This document shows positions 37,851 to 46,333 of a stretch of DNA of 64,000 nt, in pieces. This DNA comes from Candidatus Latescibacterota bacterium (lineage in GTDB: Bacteria > Latescibacterota > UBA2968 > UBA8231): NCBI GenBank assembly GCA_965217585.1, contig OZ244561.1:1472001-1536000 (forward strand). The letters are read 5' to 3'. The notes below the pieces were generated by a model that was given only the letters and a program-made list of their open reading frames with translations, had not been told where the DNA came from and searched no databases. Both the position numbers and the translations under genes were made by a program. Position 1 is the stretch's first letter; every line of letters starts with the position of its first letter.

Positions 37851-40490
37851 CTATACCCCGCCCGTGGCAGCGAAGATGCGGACGAAGACGATCGATTGCT
37901 TCTGGGTCTGCTCCGCGAAGAATTGGCGCTCTAGCAGGAAGCCCGCGTTCATGGTCAGCTCGTACCCTTGATAGGACGATACATTGGTCAGTAGGGCCGA
38001 AAAGACGAGGCTGCGGAAGTCCTCGACATAGCTCGGCGACGCCTCGGCTGGACGCTCGGCTAGGTTCTTGAAGAGACTGAATTCAACGCCAAAGTCCAAG
38101 TTCGTCTTCGGCAGGAGCGAGTACTGGCCCAAAAAGAAAAAGCTCTCGGTCAGTTCGTTGGCCTGCAAGCCGGCCAGCGCGGTGGGCGTTTCTCGCTGGT
38201 ACATGCTCTTCCACTTGGGATAGAGGGCGAGCCGGTCGCTGGGACGGATGGCGTAATCGGCTTTGTTGATCAGGCCCACAAACGAGCGGTCGCGCTTTAG
38301 GCTGGCCTGCGCGCCAAGCTGGTTGAAGTGCTCGTACTTCAGCTTGCCCTCGACGTTCAGGTTGCGGATGCGAAAGTAGCGGGCCTTCAAGTACAGCGAA
38401 TTGACAAAGGTATCTTGGTTGTCGAGCGGATCGGCAAAATCCGTCAGGCCGACGGGGTCGCGCCAGACGATGCGGTCTTCGGGCAAGGTGTCGGCCACTA
38501 GTTTGGCGTGCTCAAAAAAGGCGACGTCCAGCCCGGGATAGGATTTTTCCAAGGTCAGCAGCCCGTAGAACGAGCGGCTTTCGCGGTCGCTGCTCAGTTG
38601 GTGCTCGGCGAGCCGACCGATAGTCAGCCGGGTGCTCTCGGTGACTTTTAACCCCCCGTACGCGTTGTAGCCACGGTGGTCGCGCTCGTAGGGGTAGTCG
38701 GGCAGGCGGTCGTCCTCAAAGCGGTCGATGATCGTGTTGTTGTTCATGTCCATGCCAAAGAGAAACTCCGGCGGATCGACCTGATAGCGCAGGAAAGGCT
38801 CGACGTAATCCGGGCGGCTGTTCTGGTTTTGGTTGAAGTCGGAGATAAAATCGTTGTTCTCGTCCAGCCCGGGAAAAATTTCAGTGTCGCGGCCCTGCGA
38901 GCCGCCCTGGCCGCCGAATCCTTGGCTCTGGCGATAGCGCTGCCAATCGGTGTAGCGGTCCTGATCGTCGTTGTCATCGACAAACTCAAAGAGGTTTTGG
39001 GTCTCGCTGGCGTAGTCGATGACCCCGCCCGGGTCGGCGATAAAGGCCGTGGTGCTGTAATCGGGATCTATGGTGAACACCTCGCCGTACGCAAAGAAGG
39101 GGTAGCGCTGGTACGAGGCCGTGACGTACCCGGCTTCGGCTGTTTCCTTGTAGGCGGGCAACTTGCGAAAGTTCTGGTTGGGGAAGCGGCGGAAACGGCG
39201 ATTGAGGGCCCATTCGGCCCGCAGGTCGAAGTGGGCGAGATTGATCAGCTCCAGGTCCATACCTATCACCTCGTGCCCAGTCGGCAGGCCGTAGGCAAAG
39301 CGCACAAAGGTCTGGTTGGAGCCATCGGTGATCTCGTCGCGGGCCTGGGCCACCGGCAAGAAGACCTGCTCGCCCCGGGCATTGGTCTGTAGGTTGGAGG
39401 CGATCTCTATGCGGTAGTCATTGGACACCACCAGCTCGAATTCGAGCTTCTTGGCCTCGCGGAAGGTGCCCACTTTTTCGGTTGGGCTAAAATCGTTGCG
39501 AATGTCGTAGATAAGCTCAATTACGTCCGGGCCACTCACCTCCAAAATGCCCTCGCGCCGCACGCCGCCGCGCACCAAGGGCACGATTTCCGGGTGCAAC
39601 TCTCCGTCGATGATCACCTGATCGACGAAAAACGAGGCCCCGGTTTGCTCGGATTCGGGCGAATCGTCTGCAATGCGGATAATGACCCGCTCGACATTGC
39701 CCGTGTTCTGGGGGCCGGTCAGCAGGCCCTTGAGCGAGTTGTCGCCGAGGCTCAGCTCGCTGCTGGTATTGGACACATTGACCCACGTCAGGCCTAGCTT
39801 GGCGAAGTCGCCCACTTGGGCCACACCGCGCGCCCCGAGGAGGCGGGTCGTGTTTTCGATCGCCGAAGCCCCGCCCGCCTCGTTGAGCGCGGTAAACCCC
39901 GGCGCATTGAGACGCGAGCCGAGGAGAGTCAGCGCGTACTTGTCGGCGAGAAAATCCCACTGCAACCCGTTGAACGTGGGCTTGGAAAAGGTCAAGGGGG
40001 TGAGCGTCGTGCGGATAGCGTCGCCCACCGTCAGGGAGGTGTGGAACTGGCCGTGGCTGGCCGACGAGATGACGAGGCTGCCGAACCACCGGCCAAAGCG
40101 GGTGCCCTTCAAGAGGGCACTGCCCTGGCGCAGGGGGCTGGTTTCGGTCCAGTCGTAGATGACCCAGCCGCGATTGATGTACTGGCCGAAGAGGTTGTAA
40201 TTGCGGGTGCCTTCGAGCAGGCTGCCGACGTAGCGCTCGTAGTTGTCACGCGCGTAGTTGCTGTACTCCCAGCCGCGCCACTGGTATTCGTAGTATAAGT
40301 TCTGCGGCAAATACCACTTGCGCCGGTTGGGCGCCAAAGCACCCGGATGGATGCGCACCCCGCGAATCCCCGGTTCCTCAACCGGCCGAAAGCCCGTAGA
40401 TAGCTGGGCGAAAACCGTGGACTCCGAGAGTGCGAAAACGCACCACAACAGCAAGATCGGCCCTCTGCTCCAAAGGGTTGTCAGCCTCAT
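37851..40490 (-). CDS. Large secreted, predicted outer-membrane protein (family B, copy 2)
   Basis: Shares WYxPQxLY..WEYxNYAR, IRTTLTPxTFSKPTF, DDNDDQDR, EPFLRYxVDxPEFLFGMDMNNN and GLINKA with 16409..19114. Confidence 0.7.
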   Translation of the reverse strand: MRLTTLWSRGPILLLWCVFALSESTVFAQLSTGFRPVEEPGIRGVRIHPGALAPNRRKWYLPQNLYYEYQWRGWEYSNYARDNYERYVGSLLEGTRNYNLFGQYINRGWVIYDWTETSPLRQGSALLKGTRFGRWFGSLVISSASHGQFHTSLTVGDAIRTTLTPLTFSKPTFNGLQWDFLADKYALTLLGSRLNAPGFTALNEAGGASAIENTTRLLGARGVAQVGDFAKLGLTWVNVSNTSSELSLGDNSLKGLLTGPQNTGNVERVIIRIADDSPESEQTGASFFVDQVIIDGELHPEIVPLVRGGVRREGILEVSGPDVIELIYDIRNDFSPTEKVGTFREAKKLEFELVVSNDYRIEIASNLQTNARGEQVFLPVAQARDEITDGSNQTFVRFAYGLPTGHEVIGMDLELINLAHFDLRAEWALNRRFRRFPNQNFRKLPAYKETAEAGYVTASYQRYPFFAYGEVFTIDPDYSTTAFIADPGGVIDYASETQNLFEFVDDNDDQDRYTDWQRYRQSQGFGGQGGSQGRDTEIFPGLDENNDFISDFNQNQNSRPDYVEPFLRYQVDPPEFLFGMDMNNNTIIDRFEDDRLPDYPYERDHRGYNAYGGLKVTESTRLTIGRLAEHQLSSDRESRSFYGLLTLEKSYPGLDVAFFEHAKLVADTLPEDRIVWRDPVGLTDFADPLDNQDTFVNSLYLKARYFRIRNLNVEGKLKYEHFNQLGAQASLKRDRSFVGLINKADYAIRPSDRLALYPKWKSMYQRETPTALAGLQANELTESFFFLGQYSLLPKTNLDFGVEFSLFKNLAERPAEASPSYVEDFRSLVFSALLTNVSSYQGYELTMNAGFLLERQFFAEQTQKQSIVFVRIFAATGGV

Positions 40491-40632
40491 GATCCATCTC
40501 CTAAATGAGGGGAAGCCCGCCTAGGCCAGCGAGCGCCATCAGCTGACAATATACGCCCCGTTCCCACTGCTTACCAAGTCAGAACCGCGCTGCCGCGCCT
40601 GTAAAAACGGCATTTTTTTGCCACAAATTTGT

Positions 40633-40662
40633 TTCGCCTGTCTATATTTTTTTGTTTATAAT
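40633..40662 (+). promoter_or_regulatory. Probable promoter for the rightward module-2 operon
   Basis: TATAAT at 40657-40662 in an AT-rich divergent intergenic region; the -35 element is weak (TTCGCC). Confidence 0.45.
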
Positions 40663-40775
40663 GTAGAATCACCTCAGCAGTATCATTTATCCGAAAGGAG
40701 GTTGTGCAGCGTGCTGAACGACAATTCCCACATCCCTTTTTTTACTTCATCTCTTCCAATCAAGGAGTGTAGCAA

Positions 40776-41684
40776 ATGAGAAAGTTCGGCTTTTTCGCTT
40801 TGTCTTTCGGGCTCACGTGCCTGCTGGGCACGGCCGCTTTTGCTCACGTAGGCGTGACCGTGTTCTATCCCCAGGTGCCCGATCCGGCTTCCATCACCAT
40901 CGACGGCAGCGACGACGACTGGGGTTGGTACGACCCAGCTCTAGCCCTCAATCAGCCCGATTTCTTCGACCGGGCCAGCGATTTCGTCGAGTTGGCGGAC
41001 TACGATTTCACCATCCTCAACGCTTGGTCGGCACCCCCGGACAACAAGTGGTACGGCTTTACGCGCTTTGTCGATGACACCCTCAAGTACGATTCACCCG
41101 TTAAGGAGTGGTGGAAAGACGACTGCTTGCAGATAACCGTGGACGCCGACCACCTCGGCGGCAATATCCTCGGTTCCGACCTCGAGCAGATCGCCAATGG
41201 CCAGCGCTGGCACGTGCGCATCTTCCCGCCAGCCGGCGAGTCCCTGCTGCCCAATCAGACCTGCTTCTTCTACAGCCAGTTAGAGTTCATCGACTCTGAA
41301 GAGCTGCTGTGGGGCGTGGAGCCGGAGTTTTTCGAGGCCGCGTGGACTGTCTTGCCAGCAGGTGCCGAAAACCTGACGGCCGGCGTTACCTATACCTATG
41401 AGTGGCGGGGTGCCCTGTGGGACATCTGGGGTCTGAGCGAGAGCGAGAGCACGCGGCACGTGTTCGCCGAGGACGACGTGATCCACCTCGGCTATCGCCC
41501 GCTCGACTCGGACCGCCCCGGCGGTGGACGCAAGCACTCCATGTACATCAACGACGGTAGCCAGGCGCAGGACGTCGACGCTTCGCAGATGCCCGACTTC
41601 TGGGCGCTGGCGGCGACGGAGACTAACGTGGAAAACGACACTTGGGGCCACATCAAAAACAGCATGTCCCAACGCCTCAAGTAG
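40776..41684 (+). CDS. Secreted DOMON/CBM9-like protein with C-terminal TNVENDTWGHIK tail (family D, copy 3)
   Basis: RBS AAGGAG; signal peptide AFA|H; ITIDGSDDDW, DADHLGG; WG tail. Confidence 0.75.
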   Translation: MRKFGFFALSFGLTCLLGTAAFAHVGVTVFYPQVPDPASITIDGSDDDWGWYDPALALNQPDFFDRASDFVELADYDFTILNAWSAPPDNKWYGFTRFVDDTLKYDSPVKEWWKDDCLQITVDADHLGGNILGSDLEQIANGQRWHVRIFPPAGESLLPNQTCFFYSQLEFIDSEELLWGVEPEFFEAAWTVLPAGAENLTAGVTYTYEWRGALWDIWGLSESESTRHVFAEDDVIHLGYRPLDSDRPGGGRKHSMYINDGSQAQDVDASQMPDFWALAATETNVENDTWGHIKNSMSQRLK

Positions 41685-41702
41685 TAGCTCAGCAGTACCT
41701 GT

Positions 41703-41740
41703 CCCGAGGGGAAGGATCGCGTGCGGCCCTTCCCCTCGGG
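41703..41740 (+). terminator. Strong intergenic hairpin (terminator or mRNA-stabilising stem-loop)
   Basis: Perfect 13-bp inverted repeat CCCGAGGGGAAGG / CCTTCCCCTCGGG with a 12-nt loop; only a weak U-tract (CATTT). Confidence 0.7.
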
Positions 41741-41791
41741 CATTTGCGTCGCCCGTTCGGGCGACGGAGAGCATCTTGCGGAGGCTGGCTG

Positions 41792-43804
41792 ATGAGAGGC
41801 GCGATTTTAGCCTGTATTGTGCTGGCGGTCGCTTACAGCCCCGGGGCGGCGCAAGAGTGGTGGCAGCTCGGCGGGCAGGGCGGCGTCTCGCCGGCGGACG
41901 TGACGGATTTCAGCCTGATGATAGACAACGCGGCTGCCTCCCAAGCACTCCAGCCTTTTGAACTTAATCCGAGCGAAAACATCTTGCCGCAGTTCGGCCC
42001 TTGGCAGCGCTGGCGCTTCCCCACCGATCCGCAGTTTCGCCCCGGTCATCCGCGCTTCTGGACGGACATCAACCACAACGTCCTCTACCAAGCCACGGAA
42101 ATTTTTCTCTTCGTCGATGGGGACTCGACCACGTACATAGAGCGGCGGGACTTAGATGGCATTTTCTACACCATTGACCTAGGCACCCAAGTGCCCGTAG
42201 AGCGCTTCGTCTTTTTTCCTCCCGAAGGCGTCAGCCCCGAAAGCGACGAACCCTTCCGGCCCAATTACATCCTCAAGTCCTATAGTCTGACGGCCGCCAA
42301 AGCCGAAACCGGCATTATGCAAGAGGAGATAGAACGCGGGTTCGTCTGGCGGGGCGACGGGCCGTGCTGTCCGCTGGCCATCCCCCTCGGCTACGAGGAG
42401 CGCAACACCGATGCGGTGACCGAAATCGCGTTTCCCCCGCAATACCTCCGCTTCTTCCGTCTAATCGCCATCCCCGACGGGTTTACCCTATACGGCGATC
42501 CCATCGTCACGCGCTCGGCCTTTGCCGAGATGGAGATCTACGGCCGGGGTTTCGCTCCGCAGGCGACCTATGAGTCGCAGGTCATAGATTTGGGGCGGGA
42601 GGTCAATTTTGGGCAGGTGCGCTTGGCGGTGAGCAAATGGCGCAAGGACGGGGAGCAACTGCTGCCGTCCGACGGTCCAACCCGCGCCCAAGTAGAAATC
42701 CGCACCGGGCGCGACAACAGCCCGACGGCTTATTTCGGCTTTGACGATCTAGGTGCCCACGTAGAGGTGACCAAGAAGCAGTGGGACCGGCTGATACCCA
42801 TAGAGACGCGCGGCGCTACCATAGCGGTCGGCTATCGCGGTCCGGTCGCCGAAGACCTGCAAAACTGGAGCTTCTGGTCGCTGCCGTTGGAGGGCTCGGG
42901 CCAGCACCCGCTCCTGCCGTGGGGTCGGTATTTCCAGTTGCGCGTCCAGCTAACAACGGACGCGCTGTGGGAATTTGCCCGCCTCGATTCCCTGCAAATC
43001 GAGATCGCGCCCCTGCTGGCCGACCGAGTCGTCGGCGAGATCGTCTTCGCGGAGGAACCCCACCCCCAGGGCGGGCAAGTACGCGTGCCAGCGGGTGAGA
43101 AAACCCCGTTCACGTACGACCTAGGCGTGGAATTTGCCAGTGCGGCCCGCGTCGGCTGCGACGCCGTGCGCATCTCGGCACCGGCGGAAGCCACATTTCG
43201 CTATTTGGAGATGGGCGACCCGCTCAGCGCCGTAGAGCCGGATAGCCTGCTACACGAAGAAAGCGGCTTTGTGGTGTTCTTGCCCCGCCCCTTGCACCCG
43301 AGCGGCGATCAGCGGCTGCGCATCGGCCTCGAAGCCGTGCTATACGGCGAGGCCGGCGAGTTTGGTGGCGAGGTCTTCAACCGCCACGAGCCGAGCTTGT
43401 TACAGCGCATCGAAGGGGGCGACGTTAGCGCGGAACTAGGCTCCAACCAGTTGCTCGTCGTGGCGTCTGCCACCTCCACGGATGGGGTACTGGGAGATGT
43501 CGAGGCGGGTAGCGGCGCGTTTACCCCCCAAGGCGACGGCGTAAACGACCTATTGTCCATACAATACACCCTCTTCCGGGTGCGACAGGCGTCCCAAGTG
43601 CAGGTCGGCCTCTACGCCCTCGACGGCCGGCCGGTATGGCAGGCACCGCCAAGTGTGCAGGGCGCAGGACGCCATGCGGTCCACTGGGACGGCCGGGACG
43701 CGGCCGGGCAACTGGTCCGCCCAGGCGTGTACCTAGCGCGCGTGGAAGTGGAAACGGATAAGGGGCTCGAGGTCCGCCTACAGCCCGTCGCCGTGATCTA
43801 TTGA
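41792..43804 (+). CDS. Secreted discoidin/FlgD-Ig protein (family A, short form)
   Basis: Start reassigned to ATG 41792 (RBS GGAGG, signal peptide). IDLGTQVPVERFVFFP, WSFWSLP, FTPQGDGVND..WDGRD..PGVY; ends VAVIY. Confidence 0.8.
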   Translation: MRGAILACIVLAVAYSPGAAQEWWQLGGQGGVSPADVTDFSLMIDNAAASQALQPFELNPSENILPQFGPWQRWRFPTDPQFRPGHPRFWTDINHNVLYQATEIFLFVDGDSTTYIERRDLDGIFYTIDLGTQVPVERFVFFPPEGVSPESDEPFRPNYILKSYSLTAAKAETGIMQEEIERGFVWRGDGPCCPLAIPLGYEERNTDAVTEIAFPPQYLRFFRLIAIPDGFTLYGDPIVTRSAFAEMEIYGRGFAPQATYESQVIDLGREVNFGQVRLAVSKWRKDGEQLLPSDGPTRAQVEIRTGRDNSPTAYFGFDDLGAHVEVTKKQWDRLIPIETRGATIAVGYRGPVAEDLQNWSFWSLPLEGSGQHPLLPWGRYFQLRVQLTTDALWEFARLDSLQIEIAPLLADRVVGEIVFAEEPHPQGGQVRVPAGEKTPFTYDLGVEFASAARVGCDAVRISAPAEATFRYLEMGDPLSAVEPDSLLHEESGFVVFLPRPLHPSGDQRLRIGLEAVLYGEAGEFGGEVFNRHEPSLLQRIEGGDVSAELGSNQLLVVASATSTDGVLGDVEAGSGAFTPQGDGVNDLLSIQYTLFRVRQASQVQVGLYALDGRPVWQAPPSVQGAGRHAVHWDGRDAAGQLVRPGVYLARVEVETDKGLEVRLQPVAVIY

Positions 43805-43823
43805 ACGGAAAGGGCCAAACGCA

Positions 43824-44588
43824 ATGAAAACATGGATGGGCTGTTTGCTGTGCACTGCGCTGCTCGCCGGAGGCTGCGGGCACAAATTGGGCTATCGCCA
43901 CTTCGCCGGTCCCATATTGCCGGCCGTTGATTTGGCGGCGGCGGATTTAGTCGTCCGCGACGACCACAGCATCACCTTCGTCAAAGACCGTTTGGAAGTG
44001 AGTTTGTTACCGCTGACCGTGGCCATGCTCAACCGGCAGCTAAGCAGCCACTCGCAGCGGCCGGAGGGCTTTCACGAGCCCAATCCCTATCTCGCGCCGG
44101 TCAATCCCTATACCTATGGCGACTGGAAGCCGGGGTGGGAAGAAGAACATCCCACCCGCTTTACGATCTTTCTACTCAAGGTCAAAAACTACGCGTACCC
44201 CAAGGTGTGGCTCAATCCCTACGCCATAGAGATCACCAGTGCCAATGGCCGGCGCTATCAAGCCTTCTCCCGGCTGGCGTTAGACGAGTATTTCGCCCCT
44301 TATGCCATAGGCTATGCGGGCAATACCTTCCTTCCGTTCCGCGAGCGGCGAGACCTGCTGCTCCGCACCTTGTATCCAGAAGACGAGATGATCTTCAGCG
44401 GCCAGGAGCTAGAAGGTTTCATCGCCTTTGCCCCGCTGGCTAACGATGTCGAAGGGTTTGAAGTGCGGATCGCGGAGATGGTGTTGCGCTTCGACTACCG
44501 AGATCAGCCGGTGGAAACCATAGACATCGCCTACCCATTTACACGCGAAGTGTACTTGGCCAAGCACCGCCGCGCCGAGGAACTCTAA
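43824..44588 (+). CDS. Lipoprotein of unknown function
   Basis: Lipobox LAGGC; beta-rich, possibly Ig-like; closely spaced within the operon. Confidence 0.75.
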   Translation: MKTWMGCLLCTALLAGGCGHKLGYRHFAGPILPAVDLAAADLVVRDDHSITFVKDRLEVSLLPLTVAMLNRQLSSHSQRPEGFHEPNPYLAPVNPYTYGDWKPGWEEEHPTRFTIFLLKVKNYAYPKVWLNPYAIEITSANGRRYQAFSRLALDEYFAPYAIGYAGNTFLPFRERRDLLLRTLYPEDEMIFSGQELEGFIAFAPLANDVEGFEVRIAEMVLRFDYRDQPVETIDIAYPFTREVYLAKHRRAEEL

Positions 44589-44590
44589 AG

Positions 44591-46243
44591 ATGCTCATTC
44601 GGACGGTTGTGGGAGTCGCCCTCGCGTCGCTGTGGTGGAGTGGATGCGGGCCGAAATTGGATGGCGATGTGGTCGCTAAGGTAGGCGACGAAGGAATCAA
44701 GCTCGCAGCATTGCGCCAGTTCCGGGAAGAGTCCACCGCCAACTACCGCGACCCCGAAGAGGGGCAGGCGTGGAGCTTCTACTTGCAGACGATAATCGAC
44801 ATGAAGCTGATGCTCATCGAGGCGCGGGAGCGGCGGCTGGATCAGACCGTGGAGTTTGTGCGCCAATGGGAACGGGAACGGCGCAAGAAGCTGGTTGATG
44901 AGTACGCCGTGCGGACCATTCTCGCGGATGTAGATCTCGCAGTGGAAGGCATGCGTCAGGGTTTTGCGACGAGCAAGTGGAATCGGATGTTGCGCTTGGC
45001 CCATATCCGCACCGCCAGCGCGGCAGAAGCCCAAAAGGCCATGCGCGACTTGGAGCAGGGGCGGGATTTTGCCGCGGTGGCCCGCGAGCGTTCTATCGCG
45101 CCTACAGCCGCCCACGGCGGGGTACTCGACGCCTGGTACGGGCGCGGCAACTTGGAGGAGACGGGCCTGCCCATAGAAGTGGGGGAGCAGGTATTCGACC
45201 TACAGGTTGGGGACTTGAGCCAGCCCCTACTCGTGGGGGAACACTACGAGATTTTCAAGGTGCTGTCCCAAGGTCCGGCACCTGAGCACTACCGAGCGGC
45301 CTTCTTGCGAGAGCAGTACTGGAAGGAGTTTCGCGTCCGCTGGCAAGAGTTGACCGCACAGCTCAAAGACCGACTAAACGCACAGCTAGATGGCGAGGCG
45401 ATCCGCTTGCTGGTCGATAGGATGGCCGAATCCGACAGCCGCGGGATGCTGTTGGGTCCCGAAGAGCAGGAAGTGATCCTCTGCCGTTTCAAGGGCGGGC
45501 AGGTAACGCTGCGGGATTTCGCCGAAACCTATAACGCCTATTGGTTCATCCGCTCGGTCTCCTTCGACAGCAGCGGGATTTCCGAGTTCGTCCACCGGGA
45601 CCTCTTGCCGCGAACCCTCGTCTATCAAGCGGCGTTGCAGGAAGGTCTAGACCAGGATTCGACGATAGCCGCCTGGTTGCAGGAAAAGAAAAAATCACTG
45701 CTGCTCGAAGCCCTCCGCAGAGAGGAAGTCGTGCAGCGGACCGAAGTCGATAGCGCCATGGCCCGCCAGTACTACGACGACCATCCGCAAATGTTCATGG
45801 AACTGGAAGAGATTCGGGTGGCGGAGGTGCTGGTGGCGACCCGCGCCGAGGCGGAACAACTTTTGCAGCGGGTCCGCGCTGGCGAACGCCTAGAATCGCT
45901 GGCCGCCCACCACACGCTCCGCACGGATGCCGAGGGCGGGCAATACCACATCCACAATCACCCCTCCGAGCGGCGGGTTTTCGGTGCCCTCTACGACTCG
46001 GTGCTCGCCGCGCCGGTGGGGATACTCACTGGCCCGGTGGCTCTCGACGAGGGCTATTCGATCTTCGAGGTGCGGGAACGCATTCCCCCCCGACCCACGC
46101 CCTTTGCACAGGCGGCTTCGCGGGCGCGGTGGTGGGTGCAGAAGCAGCAAGAAAAGACCCTCTTCGACGCCTTGTTCACCCGGCTCAGGGATCAGTACGC
46201 CGATAAGGTTGTGGTGTTTGAAGAGCAGTTGGGCAAACTATAA
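44591..46243 (+). CDS. Peptidyl-prolyl cis-trans isomerase lipoprotein (PrsA/SurA-like)
   Basis: Lipobox WSGC; LAHI..FAAVARERS..HGG; second rotamase domain. Paralog of 21950..23866. Confidence 0.82.
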   Translation: MLIRTVVGVALASLWWSGCGPKLDGDVVAKVGDEGIKLAALRQFREESTANYRDPEEGQAWSFYLQTIIDMKLMLIEARERRLDQTVEFVRQWERERRKKLVDEYAVRTILADVDLAVEGMRQGFATSKWNRMLRLAHIRTASAAEAQKAMRDLEQGRDFAAVARERSIAPTAAHGGVLDAWYGRGNLEETGLPIEVGEQVFDLQVGDLSQPLLVGEHYEIFKVLSQGPAPEHYRAAFLREQYWKEFRVRWQELTAQLKDRLNAQLDGEAIRLLVDRMAESDSRGMLLGPEEQEVILCRFKGGQVTLRDFAETYNAYWFIRSVSFDSSGISEFVHRDLLPRTLVYQAALQEGLDQDSTIAAWLQEKKKSLLLEALRREEVVQRTEVDSAMARQYYDDHPQMFMELEEIRVAEVLVATRAEAEQLLQRVRAGERLESLAAHHTLRTDAEGGQYHIHNHPSERRVFGALYDSVLAAPVGILTGPVALDEGYSIFEVRERIPPRPTPFAQAASRARWWVQKQQEKTLFDALFTRLRDQYADKVVVFEEQLGKL

Positions 46244-46273
46244 GCCAGCCCCCACTAGCCCATGCCATCACTC

Positions 46274-46298
46274 GTAGGGACACCCCTTGTGGTTGCCC
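46274..46298 (+). repeat. Single degenerate GTAG-type REP-like palindrome
   Basis: Intergenic GTAGGGACACCCCTTGTGGTTGCCC: a GTAG tetramer followed by an imperfect GC-rich palindrome. Confidence 0.45.
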
Positions 46299-46333
46299 AC
46301 GCTCCCCCCAATTCCTCCACCTCCTACTAGTCC

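Noticed and set aside
5574-43804. Flagellar hook-cap (flgD) genes
   Set aside because: Only the C-terminal Ig-like domain resembles FlgD; the proteins have Sec-type signal peptides and no flagellar genes are nearby.
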